Of a stretch of DNA of 64,000 nt, positions 48,301-59,033 are shown in pieces. The DNA lies in assembly GCA_040752005.1 (NCBI GenBank), contig JBFMFX010000017.1, positions 10,871 to 74,870 on the forward strand, in the 5' to 3' direction. Every line of letters starts with the position of its first letter. Position 1 is the first letter of the stretch. The stretch comes from Pseudomonadota bacterium. Its GTDB lineage: Bacteria > Pseudomonadota > Gammaproteobacteria > Burkholderiales > SG8-39. Position numbers and translations under genes: made by a program. Under the pieces are notes generated by a model, which worked only from the letters and a program-made list of their open reading frames with translations, had not been told where the DNA came from and did no database searches.

Positions 48301-48843
48301 CGCCTCGCCCTGCGGCGCGCCGGCGCGCTGAATCTCCAGGTAATAGCGGCCCGGAAAGCGCCGCGCCCAGAGGCCGGCGAGCTTTTCGGCCGCGGCATCG
48401 TTGCCCGCGGCGAGTGCGTGGCCGACATCGCCCGCGGCGAAGCCGGAGAGTGCGATCAGGCCCTCGGTGCCCAGCTCGTCGAACCAGGCCGCCGCGATCT
48501 CGCCCCGCCCGCGCCAGGCGTTCTTCAGCCAAGCGCGCGTGAGCAGCTCGCACAGCCGGCGGTATCCCGCCTGCGAGGCGCACAGCAGCAGCAGGCGGTG
48601 CGGCTTGTCGCGGTCGGCGTCGTTCTTCAGCCAGCAGTCGGCTCCGACGATCGGCTTGATGCCGGCGGCGCGCGCCGCGCCGTAGAACTTCACCATGCCG
48701 AAGAGGTTCGCGCTGTCGGTGAGCGCCAGCGCCGGCATGCCGTCGGCCGCCGCGCGCGCCACCGCCTCTTCGATCCGCACGATTCCATCCGTGATGGAGT
48801 ACTCGCTGTGCAGCCGCAGATGGACGAAGCGCGGGCCCGGCAT
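45388..48843 (-). CDS. dnaE: DNA polymerase III alpha subunit
   Basis: The start is trimmed to MPGPRFVHLRLHSEYSITDG (PHP domain). 1151 aa. GSGAGSLVAYALGITDLDP is present. Confidence 0.97.
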   Translation of the reverse strand: MPGPRFVHLRLHSEYSITDGIVRIEEAVARAAADGMPALALTDSANLFGMVKFYGAARAAGIKPIVGADCWLKNDADRDKPHRLLLLCASQAGYRRLCELLTRAWLKNAWRGRGEIAAAWFDELGTEGLIALSGFAAGDVGHALAAGNDAAAEKLAGLWARRFPGRYYLEIQRAGAPQGEALVARTLALAARTGLPVVATHPVQFIAPQDFKAHEARVCIAQGYVLGDQRRPRLFTSEQYFKSQDEMVQLFADVPQALANAVEIARRCNLAIELGRSRLPEFPTPGGIGVDRYLRSQAEQGLERRLARLYPDAARRAAETPRYRARLEFEIGTIVKMGFAGYFLIVADFIGWARANGVPVGPGRGSGAGSLVAYALGITDLDPLRYDLLFERFLNPERVSMPDFDIDFCQDGRDRVIEYVRSKYGEESVAQIATFGTMAARAVVRDVGRVLDLGYGFCDQIAKLIPFQPGRLITLAEARELEPLLAQRERQEEEVRDLLALAEKLEGLVRNVGMHAGGVLIAPGRLTDFCPLYAAEGGAHAISQFDKDDVERIGLVKFDFLGLTTLTVLDCAQRYVRQLGHAGFSLEEIPLDDAETYRLLASGNTTAVFQLESRGMRDLLRRARPDRFEDVIALVALYRPGPMDLIPDFIRRKHGEERVEYLDPRLEPILAPTYGIMVYQEQVMQIAQVIAGYTLGGADLLRRAMGKKNQQEMDAQRDTFVTGAQKNGMPRGKAMQLFDLMAKFAGYGFNKSHAAAYALLAYQTAYMKCHHPAAFMAANLSAVMDDTDKVRQFYDDAVANGLRVLPPDINASDYRFVPVDERTIRYGLGAIRGTGQAAVQAILAARSARPFADLYDFCRRVDKRIVNRRAVEALVRAGSFDSLEANRASLLASVGRALEAAERAERAAAQASLFGEAEAAHEAGLARVEAPPWDLARTLAEEKAALGFCLSAHPFSVHERSLAGFPRTPIGKLGAADRAWIAGVAASVRAQMTRRGRMVAVVLEDGTGQVEVSVFNELFEQHRDKLREDALLIVAGRVQRDEFVGGLRVTAEEIYDLAALRERFGARLRIALNGAAREPRAAARLREALAPYRVEGGGGCTVLVHYENGAASCDLALGDAWRVRPDARLIGELSAWLAPENVAVEYANGTP

Positions 48844-48851
48844 CCTAAAAA

Positions 48852-48857
48852 ATTCTA
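48852..48857 (-). promoter_or_regulatory. -10-like TAGAAT 8 nt upstream of the dnaE ATG
   Basis: Minus strand reads TAGAAT-tttttagg-ATG. Confidence 0.35.
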
Positions 48858-48909
48858 CCACCCGCTGAGCGGCGAACCGCGCCGTCGCGGCGCTGTCCAA
48901 CGGTGCGAC

Positions 48910-49218
48910 ATGACGCGGGGAATCGCCGTCTTTGTCGCGCTTCTTGCCGCCGCGAGTGTCGCGCTGGCTCAGCGCGCCACCGACGAACTGGAACGCGCCT
49001 ACGCCGAAGTCGTCGCGGCGCAGAAGGCGCTCGACGAAGCCAGGCGCAGGCGCGAGGAGGGCCTGGAGCCGCGGCCGGGCGAGCGGATCGGCACGGTGAG
49101 CGGCAAAAGCAGGCTCACCGAAGCCTACTTCGAAAGGCAGAAGGCACTGGAGGAAGAAGTCCGCGCCGCCGAGCAGCGGCTCACGGAAGCCTACCGGCGC
49201 TGGAACGATCTGAAATAG
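48910..49218 (+). CDS. Small secreted coiled-coil protein (hypothetical)
   Basis: MTRGIAVFVALLAAASVALAQ is a signal peptide, followed by a charged helical region. It is the 3' tail of the antisense-to-dnaE ORF 45778..49218. Confidence 0.55.
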   Translation: MTRGIAVFVALLAAASVALAQRATDELERAYAEVVAAQKALDEARRRREEGLEPRPGERIGTVSGKSRLTEAYFERQKALEEEVRAAEQRLTEAYRRWNDLK

Positions 49219-49259
49219 CGCCGGAGAGCGCCAGCCCACGCTGCTAACATCGGCGGCGC

Positions 49260-50120
49260 ATGAATCTTGCGCTCGCCGCGCTGCTCGCCGGCGCGACCTG
49301 CATCGCGCTGTCGCCGATCTGGGTGCGGCTCGCCGACGTCGGGCCGACCGCGAGCGCATTCTGGCGCGTCGCGCTCGCGGTGCCGCTGCTGTGGCTGCTG
49401 TGCGCCGCGTTCGAGCCGCGGCGGCTCGTCGCGCCGCGTGCGCGCGAGCGCCGCTGGCTCGTCTTCGCCGGCATCGCCTTCGCCGGCGACCTCGCGTTCT
49501 GGCACTGGTCCATCCAGCTCACCTCGGTCGCCAACTCCACCCTGCTCGCCAATCTCGCCACCCTGTTCGTCACCCTCGCCGCGTGGCTCATCTGGAAACA
49601 AAGGCCGACGATCCTTTTTGTCGCCGGTCTCGCCGCCGCGCTCGCCGGCGTGGCGATGCTGGTGCGCGCCAGCCTTTCGTTCTCGCCCACCGCGCTCACC
49701 GGCGATGCGCTCGGCGTGGTCACCGCGATGTTCTACGCCGGGTATCTGCTGTCGGTGAAGGAGGTGCGCGACCGGGGCGCGGCGACGGTCCGCCTGATGG
49801 CGGTCACCACCACCGTCACGGCGCTGCTGCTGTTTCCGGTCGCGCTCGCCTCCGGCGAGCGGCTGCTGCCGCGCGCGCCGGAAGGCTGGCTCGTTCTCGC
49901 CGGCCTCGCCTGGATTTCGCACTCGGGCGGCCAGGGCCTGATCGCCTGGGCGCTCGCGCATCTGCCCGCAGCGTTCTCCTCGGTGAGCCTGCTCTTTCAG
50001 CCGGTGATGGCGGCGGTGTTCGCCTGGCTGCTGCTCGGCGAGGGGCTCGCGCCGCTGCAAATCGCCGGCGGCGCGGTGGTGCTCGCCGGCATCTGGCTGG
50101 CGCGCCGCGGCTCGGCGTAG
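49260..50120 (+). CDS. EamA/DMT-family transporter
   Basis: 286 aa, about 10 TM segments, two EamA repeats. Confidence 0.88.
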   Translation: MNLALAALLAGATCIALSPIWVRLADVGPTASAFWRVALAVPLLWLLCAAFEPRRLVAPRARERRWLVFAGIAFAGDLAFWHWSIQLTSVANSTLLANLATLFVTLAAWLIWKQRPTILFVAGLAAALAGVAMLVRASLSFSPTALTGDALGVVTAMFYAGYLLSVKEVRDRGAATVRLMAVTTTVTALLLFPVALASGERLLPRAPEGWLVLAGLAWISHSGGQGLIAWALAHLPAAFSSVSLLFQPVMAAVFAWLLLGEGLAPLQIAGGAVVLAGIWLARRGSA

Positions 50121-50154
50121 CAGGCGGCTGGCGGCCGCCGCGCCGCGTCGCGTC

Positions 50155-51156
50155 TCAGACGATGGCCGCCTGCGGCTCGCCCTCGTGGCGCTCGATGCAG
50201 CCGATCGCGTACACCGTCTCGCCCGCCTCGCGCAGCAGCGCTGCGGCGCGATCGGCGTCGGCCGCGCCCACCACCACGACCATGCCGATGCCGCAGTTGA
50301 AGACGCGGAACATCTCGTCCTCGGCGATCGCACCCGAACGCTGCAACCAGTCGAACACCACCGGCCGCGGCCAGGAGCTTTTTTCGATGCGCGCGCGCGT
50401 GCCGGCCGGAAGGATGCGCGGCAGGTTGCCGGGAATGCCGCCGCCGGTGATGTGCGCCAGGCCCTTCACCGGTACCGCTTCGAGCAGCCTGAGCACCGGC
50501 TTGACGTAGATTCGCGTCGGCTCGAGCAGATCCACGCCGGCGGGCGGCGCGGCGCGCTCGAGGACGCGGCGGATGAGCGAATAGCCGTTCGAATGCGCGC
50601 CGCTGGAGGCGAGCCCGAGCAGCGCATCGCCGGGTGCGATCGCGCGCCCGTCCACGATGCGGCTCGCCTCGACCACCCCGACGCAGAATCCGGCGAGGTC
50701 GTACTCGCCGGGCGGATACATGCCCGGCATCTCGGCGGTTTCTCCGCCTATCAGCGCACAGCCGGCGAGCTCGCAGCCGCGCGCGATGCCGCGGATCACT
50801 TCCGCGGCGACGCCCGCCTCCAGCCTGCCGCAGGCAAAGTAGTCGAGAAAGAACAGCGGCTCGGCACCCTGCACCAGAACGTCGTTCGCGCTCATCGCGA
50901 CCAGGTCTATGCCGACGGTGTCGTGGCGCCCGGCGGCGAAGGCGAGCTTGAGCTTGGTGCCGACGCCATCGGTACCGGACACCAGCACCGGCTCGCGGTA
51001 GCGCGCGGGGATGCGGCACAGTGCGCCGAAACCGCCGATGCCGGCCATCACCTCCGGGCGCATCGTGCGCGCCGCGTACGGGCGTATCGCCTCGACGAGC
51101 GCATCGCCCGCCTCGATGTCAACGCCGGCGTCGCGGTAGGAAAGTCCCTCGGGCAT
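50155..51156 (-). CDS. purM: Phosphoribosylformylglycinamidine cyclo-ligase
   Basis: [13 protein letters not shown]...[13 protein letters not shown]...GGETAEMPG is present. Confidence 0.96.
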   Translation of the reverse strand: MPEGLSYRDAGVDIEAGDALVEAIRPYAARTMRPEVMAGIGGFGALCRIPARYREPVLVSGTDGVGTKLKLAFAAGRHDTVGIDLVAMSANDVLVQGAEPLFFLDYFACGRLEAGVAAEVIRGIARGCELAGCALIGGETAEMPGMYPPGEYDLAGFCVGVVEASRIVDGRAIAPGDALLGLASSGAHSNGYSLIRRVLERAAPPAGVDLLEPTRIYVKPVLRLLEAVPVKGLAHITGGGIPGNLPRILPAGTRARIEKSSWPRPVVFDWLQRSGAIAEDEMFRVFNCGIGMVVVVGAADADRAAALLREAGETVYAIGCIERHEGEPQAAIV

Positions 51157-51332
51157 GGCGGGCTAGAATTCGCGGATGGTCGCGGGCGATTCTACGTGAA
51201 ATGAACGGCGCCGCCCCCGCTTCGCCGCCGCGGATGCGGCTCGCGAGCGCGACGCCGAGGCTCGCGCCGCGCCGCCGGCGCCGCGTCGGCCGCAGCGGCG
51301 CGCCGCACACGGACGGCCTCTGACCGGTTGAC

Positions 51333-51932
51333 ATGCGACAGCTTGCGCTGCCGATCTCGCCGCCTCCCGAGCCGACGCTGGAGAACTTCGTGGCGGGTGC
51401 GAATGCGGAGCTCGTCGCGCGCCTGCGCGAGCTCGTCGCCGGTCGTCTCGCCGAAAGCGTGCTCTACCTCTGGGGCGCGCCCGGCTGCGGCCGCACCCAT
51501 CTGCTGCGCGCCTGCGCCGGTGCCGCGGTCGCGCTCGCCGACGACGTCGAGACGCTGGCGGAACCGGCCCAGGTGGCGCTGTTCCACGCCATCAACACAG
51601 CGCGCGAGCGCGGCGGAACGGTGCTCGCCGCCGGCGCCGCGCCCCCGGCGCAACTGCCGCTGCGCGCGGACCTGAGGAGCCGCCTCGCCTGGGGGCTGGT
51701 GTACGAGGTGAAGCCGCTCACCGACGAGGAACGCGCGCAGTATCTTCGCGCCGAGGCCGCGCGCCGCGGCCTGCGCGTCGGCGAGGAAGTCGTGCGTTAC
51801 CTGCTTGCGCAGGTGCGCCGCGACCTGCCCACTCTGGTCGCCCTCATGGAGCACCTGGACCGGACCGCGCTCGAATTGCAGCGCCCGCTCACGCTGCCGC
51901 TGGTGCGCGAGGCGCTGAAGGCGCTGCGATGA
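51333..51932 (+). CDS. hda: DnaA-inactivating protein Hda (short form)
   Basis: The N-terminal clamp-binding-type QLALPI, GAPGCGRTHLL (Walker A) and a DnaA-like AAA+ core are present. Confidence 0.85.
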   Translation: MRQLALPISPPPEPTLENFVAGANAELVARLRELVAGRLAESVLYLWGAPGCGRTHLLRACAGAAVALADDVETLAEPAQVALFHAINTARERGGTVLAAGAAPPAQLPLRADLRSRLAWGLVYEVKPLTDEERAQYLRAEAARRGLRVGEEVVRYLLAQVRRDLPTLVALMEHLDRTALELQRPLTLPLVREALKALR

Positions 51933-52591
51933 GGCTGGCGCTCTTCGACCTCGACCACACGCTGCTCGCCGGCGACAGCGACTACGAGTGGGGCCAGTTC
52001 CTGGTGGACCACGGCGTGCTGGCGCGCGAGGAGTACGAGGCGCAGAACGCCGCCTTCTACGAGCAGTACAAGGCGGGAACGCTCGACATCCACGAATTCC
52101 TCGGTTTCGCGCTGCGCCCGCTCGCCGATCACACCGACGCCGAGCTGGCGCGCTGGCACGCCCGGTTCATGGCCGAGCGCATCCGGCCGATGATCTCCGA
52201 GCGCGCGCGGGCACTGGTACGCGAGCACCTGCAGGCGGGAGACTTGTGCGCGATCGTCACCGCCACCAACAGCTTCGTCACCGCTCCGATCGCGCGCGAG
52301 TTCGGCGTGCCGCACCTGGTCGCGACCGAACCGGAGCGCGCCGGCGGGCGCTACACCGGCCGCGTCGCCGGCACGCCCTGCTTTCGCGAGGGCAAGATCC
52401 GGCGCGTCGCGGAGTGGCTGGCGGGCCTCGGGCATACGCTCGGCGAGTTCGAGCAGAGCACCTTCTACAGCGACTCGCACAACGATCTGCCGCTGCTCGA
52501 GCGCGTGACGCGCCCGGTCGCCGTGGACCCGGACCCGCAGCTCGCCGCGACCGCGCGCGCGCGCGGCTGGCCGGTGATTTCCCTGCGATAA
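51929..52591 (+). CDS. HAD-IB family hydrolase
   Basis: LALFDLDHTLL (motif I), IVTATN and YSDSHNDLPLL are present. ATGA overlap with hda. Confidence 0.85.
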   Translation: MRLALFDLDHTLLAGDSDYEWGQFLVDHGVLAREEYEAQNAAFYEQYKAGTLDIHEFLGFALRPLADHTDAELARWHARFMAERIRPMISERARALVREHLQAGDLCAIVTATNSFVTAPIAREFGVPHLVATEPERAGGRYTGRVAGTPCFREGKIRRVAEWLAGLGHTLGEFEQSTFYSDSHNDLPLLERVTRPVAVDPDPQLAATARARGWPVISLR

Positions 52592-52602
52592 TCCGCCGCC
52601 CG

Positions 52603-53949
52603 ATGATCCGGCGCTTCATCCAGCGGGTGCTCGGCCTGCGCAAGGCGGCGCCCGCGCGCGTGCCGCGCGCGCGGCACGGCATCGCCCGCGAAGCGATCAG
52701 CCCGGCTGCGCGCAAGGTCTGCGAGGTGCTCGCCGCACACGGCTTTTCCGCCTACATCGTAGGCGGCGCGGTGCGCGACCTCCTTCTCGGCATCGCGCCG
52801 AAGGACTTCGACGTCGCCACCGACGCGCGTCCGGAGGAGGTCAAGCCGCTGTTCCGCCGCGCGCTGTTGATCGGCCGGCGCTTCCGGCTGGTGCACGTCA
52901 TCATCGGCGGCGAGACGGTCGAGGTATCCACCTTCCGCGGCGCGGCCGACGGCGACGCGCAGGCGGACGGCGACAGTCTCGTGCGCGACGAACACGGCCG
53001 CGTGCTGCGCGACAACGTCTTCGGTACCCAGGAGGAGGACGCGCGGCGGCGCGACTTCACCATCAACGCGCTCTATTACGACCCGGCGACCGAGGAAGTC
53101 ATTGACTACCACGGCGGCATGGCGGACCTGAAGAAGCGCGTGCTGCGCATGATCGGCGATCCGGAGGAACGCTACCGCGAGGATCCGGTGCGCATGCTGC
53201 GCGCGGTGCGCCTTGCCGCCAAGCTCGGCCTCACCATCGACCCAGCGACGCGCACGCCGATCCGGCGCCTTGCGCCGCTGCTCGAGCACGTGCCGCCGGC
53301 GCGCCTGTTCGAGGAAATGCTCAAGCTGCTGCTCTCCGGCCACGCCAGCGCCTGCGTGCGCCAGCTGCGCAACGAAGGCCTCTCGCACGGGCTGTTGCCG
53401 CTCCTCGACGTGATCCTCGAGCAGCCGCTCGGCGAGCGCTTCGTCACGCTCGCGCTCGCGCAGACCGACGAGCGGGTGCTCGCGGGGCGTCCGGTGTCGC
53501 CCGCTTTCCTGTTCGCGGCGCTGCTCTGGCACCAGGTGCTGGCGGCGTGGAAGGAGCGCGAGCGCCGCGGCGAACGGCCGATCCCGGCGCTCGCCGCGGC
53601 GATGGACGAGGTGCTCGACGCGCAGTGCGAGAAGCTCGCGCTCACCCGGCGGCTGACCGCCACCATGCGCGAGATCTGGGCGATGCAGCCGCGCTTCGAG
53701 CAGCGCTCCGGGAGCCGCCCGCTGCGCCTGCTGGAATCGCCGCGCTTTCGCATGGCCTACGACTTTCTCGCCCTGCGCGCGGCGAGCGGCGAGGTGCCGG
53801 CGGAGCTGGAGAACTGGTGGCGCGCGTTCCAGCAGGCCGATCCGGAGACGCGCCGCGCGATGCTGCTGCCCGCGGCCGCTCCGACCAAGCGCCGCCGCCG
53901 GCGCCGGCGCGGCCGCAAGGCGGCTGCGGCCCCCGCGGGCGAGGCATGA
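52603..53949 (+). CDS. pcnB: Poly(A) polymerase I
   Basis: YIVGGAVRDLLLGIAPKDFDVAT and RRDFTINALYYD are present, with a basic C-terminus. The start is trimmed from ORF 51988..53949. Confidence 0.93.
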   Translation: MIRRFIQRVLGLRKAAPARVPRARHGIAREAISPAARKVCEVLAAHGFSAYIVGGAVRDLLLGIAPKDFDVATDARPEEVKPLFRRALLIGRRFRLVHVIIGGETVEVSTFRGAADGDAQADGDSLVRDEHGRVLRDNVFGTQEEDARRRDFTINALYYDPATEEVIDYHGGMADLKKRVLRMIGDPEERYREDPVRMLRAVRLAAKLGLTIDPATRTPIRRLAPLLEHVPPARLFEEMLKLLLSGHASACVRQLRNEGLSHGLLPLLDVILEQPLGERFVTLALAQTDERVLAGRPVSPAFLFAALLWHQVLAAWKERERRGERPIPALAAAMDEVLDAQCEKLALTRRLTATMREIWAMQPRFEQRSGSRPLRLLESPRFRMAYDFLALRAASGEVPAELENWWRAFQQADPETRRAMLLPAAAPTKRRRRRRRGRKAAAAPAGEA

Positions 53950-54421
53950 CGCGCGCATACGTGGGACTGGGCGCCAACCTCGACGATCCGCGCTCGCACA
54001 TCGAGCGCGCGCTCGCGGAACTCGCGCGTCTGCCGCGCACGCGCCTTGCGGCGCGCTCGAGCCTCTACCGCAGCGCCCCGGTGGGCTTTCGCGCCCAACC
54101 GGACTTCCTGAACGCGGTGGCGGCGCTGGACACCGATCTCGACCCCCAGAGCCTGTTCGAGGCGCTGCGCGCGATCGAGCGGTGCCACGGGCGCGAGCGG
54201 CCGTTTCCCGGCGCGCCCCGCACCCTCGATCTCGACCTCCTGCTCTACGGCGAGGAGACCATCGCGACTCCGACCCTCACCGTACCCCACCCGCGCATGC
54301 ACGAGCGCGCGTTCGTGCTCGCGCCGCTCGCCGAGATCGCGCCCGAGGTGCGCGTGCCGGGCCGCGGCCCGGTCGCCGAGCTGCTCGCGGCCTGCGCCGG
54401 GCAGCGCATCGAGCGTCTCGC

Positions 54422-54425
<4 letters not shown>
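53946..54425 (+). CDS. folK: 2-amino-4-hydroxy-6-hydroxymethyldihydropteridine diphosphokinase
   Basis: AYVGLGANL...RTLDLDLLLYG...VPHPRMHERAFVL is present. ATGA overlap with pcnB. Confidence 0.93.
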
Positions 54426-56099
<1,674 letters not shown>

Positions 56100-56191
56100 G
56101 CCCGCCTCTCGCAGCGTTGCGCTCCGCAAGCGGAAAACTCTAACCGATCTTCCGCTCTCGTGCCATACCCGCGGTCGCGGGGATCGCGCGC

Positions 56192-57793
56192 TCAGAAACC
56201 GGCGACGCAGCCGTCGCTGCGCGGGTCGGCCGCGCCCTGCAGGATGCCGTCGGGACCGCGCACCAGGGCACCGGCGTGACCCATGCGCTCGTCGAACTCG
56301 CCGAGCATCTCCACCTCATGGCCGCGCCGGCGCAGTTCCTCGACTACGTGCGGCGCAAAGCGCGCCTCCAGTTTGAGCGTCTCGGAGGCCGAGCCCCAGG
56401 TGCGCCCGAGCAGCCAGCGCGGCGCGGTGACCGCGTGCGCCAGTGGCCGGCCGAACACCGCATAGCGCGTAAAGACCGCCGCTTGCGTCTGCGGCTGGCC
56501 GTCGCCGCCCATCGTGCCGTACACCATCACGCGGCCGTCGCGCAGGCGTGCGAGCGCCGGATTGAGCGTATGAAACGGCCTCTTTCCCGGACGCAGGCGA
56601 TTGATGTGCGCCTCGTCGAGCGAGAAGCTCGCGCCGCGGTTCTGCCAGTTGACGTGCGTGCCCGGAAGCACCACGCCGGAACCGAATTCGTGATAAATGC
56701 TCTGGATGAAGCTCACCGCGAGGCCATTGCCGTCCATGACGCCCATCCAGATCGTGCCGCCCGGCTTCGAGCCTCCGGGCCACGGGCGCGCGCGGCGCAT
56801 GTCAATGCCGGCGGCGAGCCGGTCGAGGCGCTCGTGCTCCAGCAGCCGCTGCGGCTCGAGCGGCATGTCCGCGGGATCGGTGAGGTACGGATCGCGGATG
56901 CCGAGGAACGCCGCCTTGGTCGCCTCGACGGCGGCGTGCACGTGATCGGCCCCATCGCACGCCATGTGCGCGAGGCCAAGCCGGTCGAGGATGCCGAGAA
57001 TGGCGAGCGACACCGCCCCCTGCGTCGGCGCGGTCATGTTGTAGAGCGTGCCGGCCGTGTGCGCAAGCTCTAGCGGCCGCACTTCCCGCGCCTCGTAGGC
57101 CTGCAGATCCTCCAGCGCGAGCGGGCTGCCGAGGGCAGCGAGGTCCTTCGCCAAGGATCGAGCGACCTCGCCCCGGTAGAAGTCCGCCAGGCCCGCCTCG
57201 GCGAGCCGGCGCAGCGTCGCACCGAGCACCGGCTGCCTGAAGAGCGTGCCCTCGCGGGGCACCTCGCCCGCGGGCAGGAACCGGTCGGCAAATCCGGCCA
57301 CGGGTTCGAGCTCGGCACGCTTTGCGCGCGTGTTGGCTTCCTGGCTCGCGGTCACCGGCACGCCTGCTTCGGCGTAGTGGATCGCGTCCTCCAGCAGCCG
57401 CGCAAGCGGCAGGCGGGCGCCCCAGCGGCCACGCGCCAGCGAAAGCGCCAGATCCCATCCGGCCACCGCGCCGGCGACGGTGTTCGCCGCGAGCGGCCCG
57501 CGCGCCGGAATGCTGCTCATTGCCGAGTCGCGATAGAGCGCGACGGTCGCGGCCCGCGCCGCCGGGCCACAGGCATCAATCGCGATCGGAGATCGGTCCG
57601 GAGCGGCGATCAGCCAGAACGCATCCCCGCCGATGCCGTTCATGTGCGGATAGACGACGGACACCGTGGCGGCGGCCGCCACCATCGCCTCGATCGCATT
57701 GCCGCCCTCGCGCAGCACCGAGAGCGCCGACTGCGCGGCGAGCGCATGGGGGGCCACGGCGATGCCGCGGCAGGCGTACCGCGTGTGGATCAT
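56192..57793 (-). CDS. Gamma-glutamyltransferase-family protein without signal peptide
   Basis: GGNAIEAMVAAAATVSVVYPHMNGIGGDAF is present. The predicted autoprocessing Thr is in PGGTIWMGVMDGNG. The start is trimmed to MIHTRYA, with an ATGA overlap to the upstream hydrolase. Confidence 0.9.
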   Translation of the reverse strand: MIHTRYACRGIAVAPHALAAQSALSVLREGGNAIEAMVAAAATVSVVYPHMNGIGGDAFWLIAAPDRSPIAIDACGPAARAATVALYRDSAMSSIPARGPLAANTVAGAVAGWDLALSLARGRWGARLPLARLLEDAIHYAEAGVPVTASQEANTRAKRAELEPVAGFADRFLPAGEVPREGTLFRQPVLGATLRRLAEAGLADFYRGEVARSLAKDLAALGSPLALEDLQAYEAREVRPLELAHTAGTLYNMTAPTQGAVSLAILGILDRLGLAHMACDGADHVHAAVEATKAAFLGIRDPYLTDPADMPLEPQRLLEHERLDRLAAGIDMRRARPWPGGSKPGGTIWMGVMDGNGLAVSFIQSIYHEFGSGVVLPGTHVNWQNRGASFSLDEAHINRLRPGKRPFHTLNPALARLRDGRVMVYGTMGGDGQPQTQAAVFTRYAVFGRPLAHAVTAPRWLLGRTWGSASETLKLEARFAPHVVEELRRRGHEVEMLGEFDERMGHAGALVRGPDGILQGAADPRSDGCVAGF

Positions 57794-58758
57794 CGCTCGA
57801 TCCGGTTTTCCCGATTTGCCGCAAGCAGGCTGGTCGCGGTGCTCGGCAGCTGCAGCCGTTCGAGCAACCAAGGCCATCCGGCCGCGCCGGCTCTCCGACC
57901 GAAGAAGCCGAAGTGGCCGATCCTGCGCACGCCGAGGTCGGCGGGCCTGAGCACCACGTGCCGCGGTGCCAGCCGCGGGTAATACGCAAGCAGCCGGCGG
58001 GTACCGGCTGCGGTCGCAAACGCGTCGTCGCTGAACCGCAAGGCGAGCGCGGGACGCTCAAGCAGCGCGCAACGCTGCAGAAGGCGCTGCGTGCGCTCCG
58101 CGTCTTGCCCCGCGCTGCCGGGCCGCAGATCGCCGGTGCGGCGTGAGGCCCACTGCAGCGCCACGCCGGCGGGGATGTCGTCGCCCAGCCCCAGCCGGCG
58201 CGCGGGAAAGTAGCCCACGAGGCGCGTGACCGCCGGCATCAGTCCATGCCATAAGACGGCCATCGGAAGTCGGTAGAGCGGATGGTAATCCCCGAAGTAA
58301 CCGGTATGGGCGCCGACAAGGACCAGGCGCGACTGCTCGCCGGCGTTGTGTGCGCCGCCGAACAGCAGTGCGCCCACCGAATGGGCAATCCCGATCAGTT
58401 CCGCACCCGGGTACCGATCACGCAACCAGCCGATGGCCGCACTGCAGTCGTATTCCGCCCAGTCCTCGATCACGGAGCGAAATCCTTGCAGTGTCGGTGG
58501 CCGGGATGCGCCGATACCGCGGTAATCGTAGAGGAGAACGGGCATTCCCGCGCCGGCGAGGAAACGTGCAAAGCGCCTGTAGTAGTGCGCCGGTATCCCG
58601 GCGCCGCCATGCACCACGACCACCCGTTTCGCCTCTTTGCCAGCAGCCGGCACGTACAGGTGTCCGCCCAGCTCGTAGCCGTCCAGGGCCGAAAACCGAA
58701 TGGGCCGCTCGTCGGCGGCGCCGGGTCCATCGCCGAAATCCAGGTGTGAGGACTGCAT
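57790..58758 (-). CDS. Alpha/beta hydrolase
   Basis: VVVHGGAGIPAHYY and GIAHSVGA (GxSxG-type) are present. The start at ATG 58758 is uncertain because no SD was found. Confidence 0.8.
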   Translation of the reverse strand: MQSSHLDFGDGPGAADERPIRFSALDGYELGGHLYVPAAGKEAKRVVVVHGGAGIPAHYYRRFARFLAGAGMPVLLYDYRGIGASRPPTLQGFRSVIEDWAEYDCSAAIGWLRDRYPGAELIGIAHSVGALLFGGAHNAGEQSRLVLVGAHTGYFGDYHPLYRLPMAVLWHGLMPAVTRLVGYFPARRLGLGDDIPAGVALQWASRRTGDLRPGSAGQDAERTQRLLQRCALLERPALALRFSDDAFATAAGTRRLLAYYPRLAPRHVVLRPADLGVRRIGHFGFFGRRAGAAGWPWLLERLQLPSTATSLLAANRENRIER

Positions 58759-59033
58759 CGTGGAGCAAAGTCGCGGTATCGGGCCTGTCACGAGCCGGGG
58801 ACCTGGGTCCTGCCGGGCCGCATCGCGCGCTCGGGCCGCGCGCCGCCAGCCCTGATCATTTCCGCCGATCTCGTCGTGCGGATGATACAGGGGTCGGGTC
58901 GCCACCGTCGCCGGCGATCCGTCGTATTTGCGCCCGACACACGAGGGGCGTCTAATGCTGGCCGAAGGCGCCGGCTGGACCGGCGTTTCGGGATTCACGG
59001 ACCCCGGAAGGGGATTTTGGAGGAGAACGCATC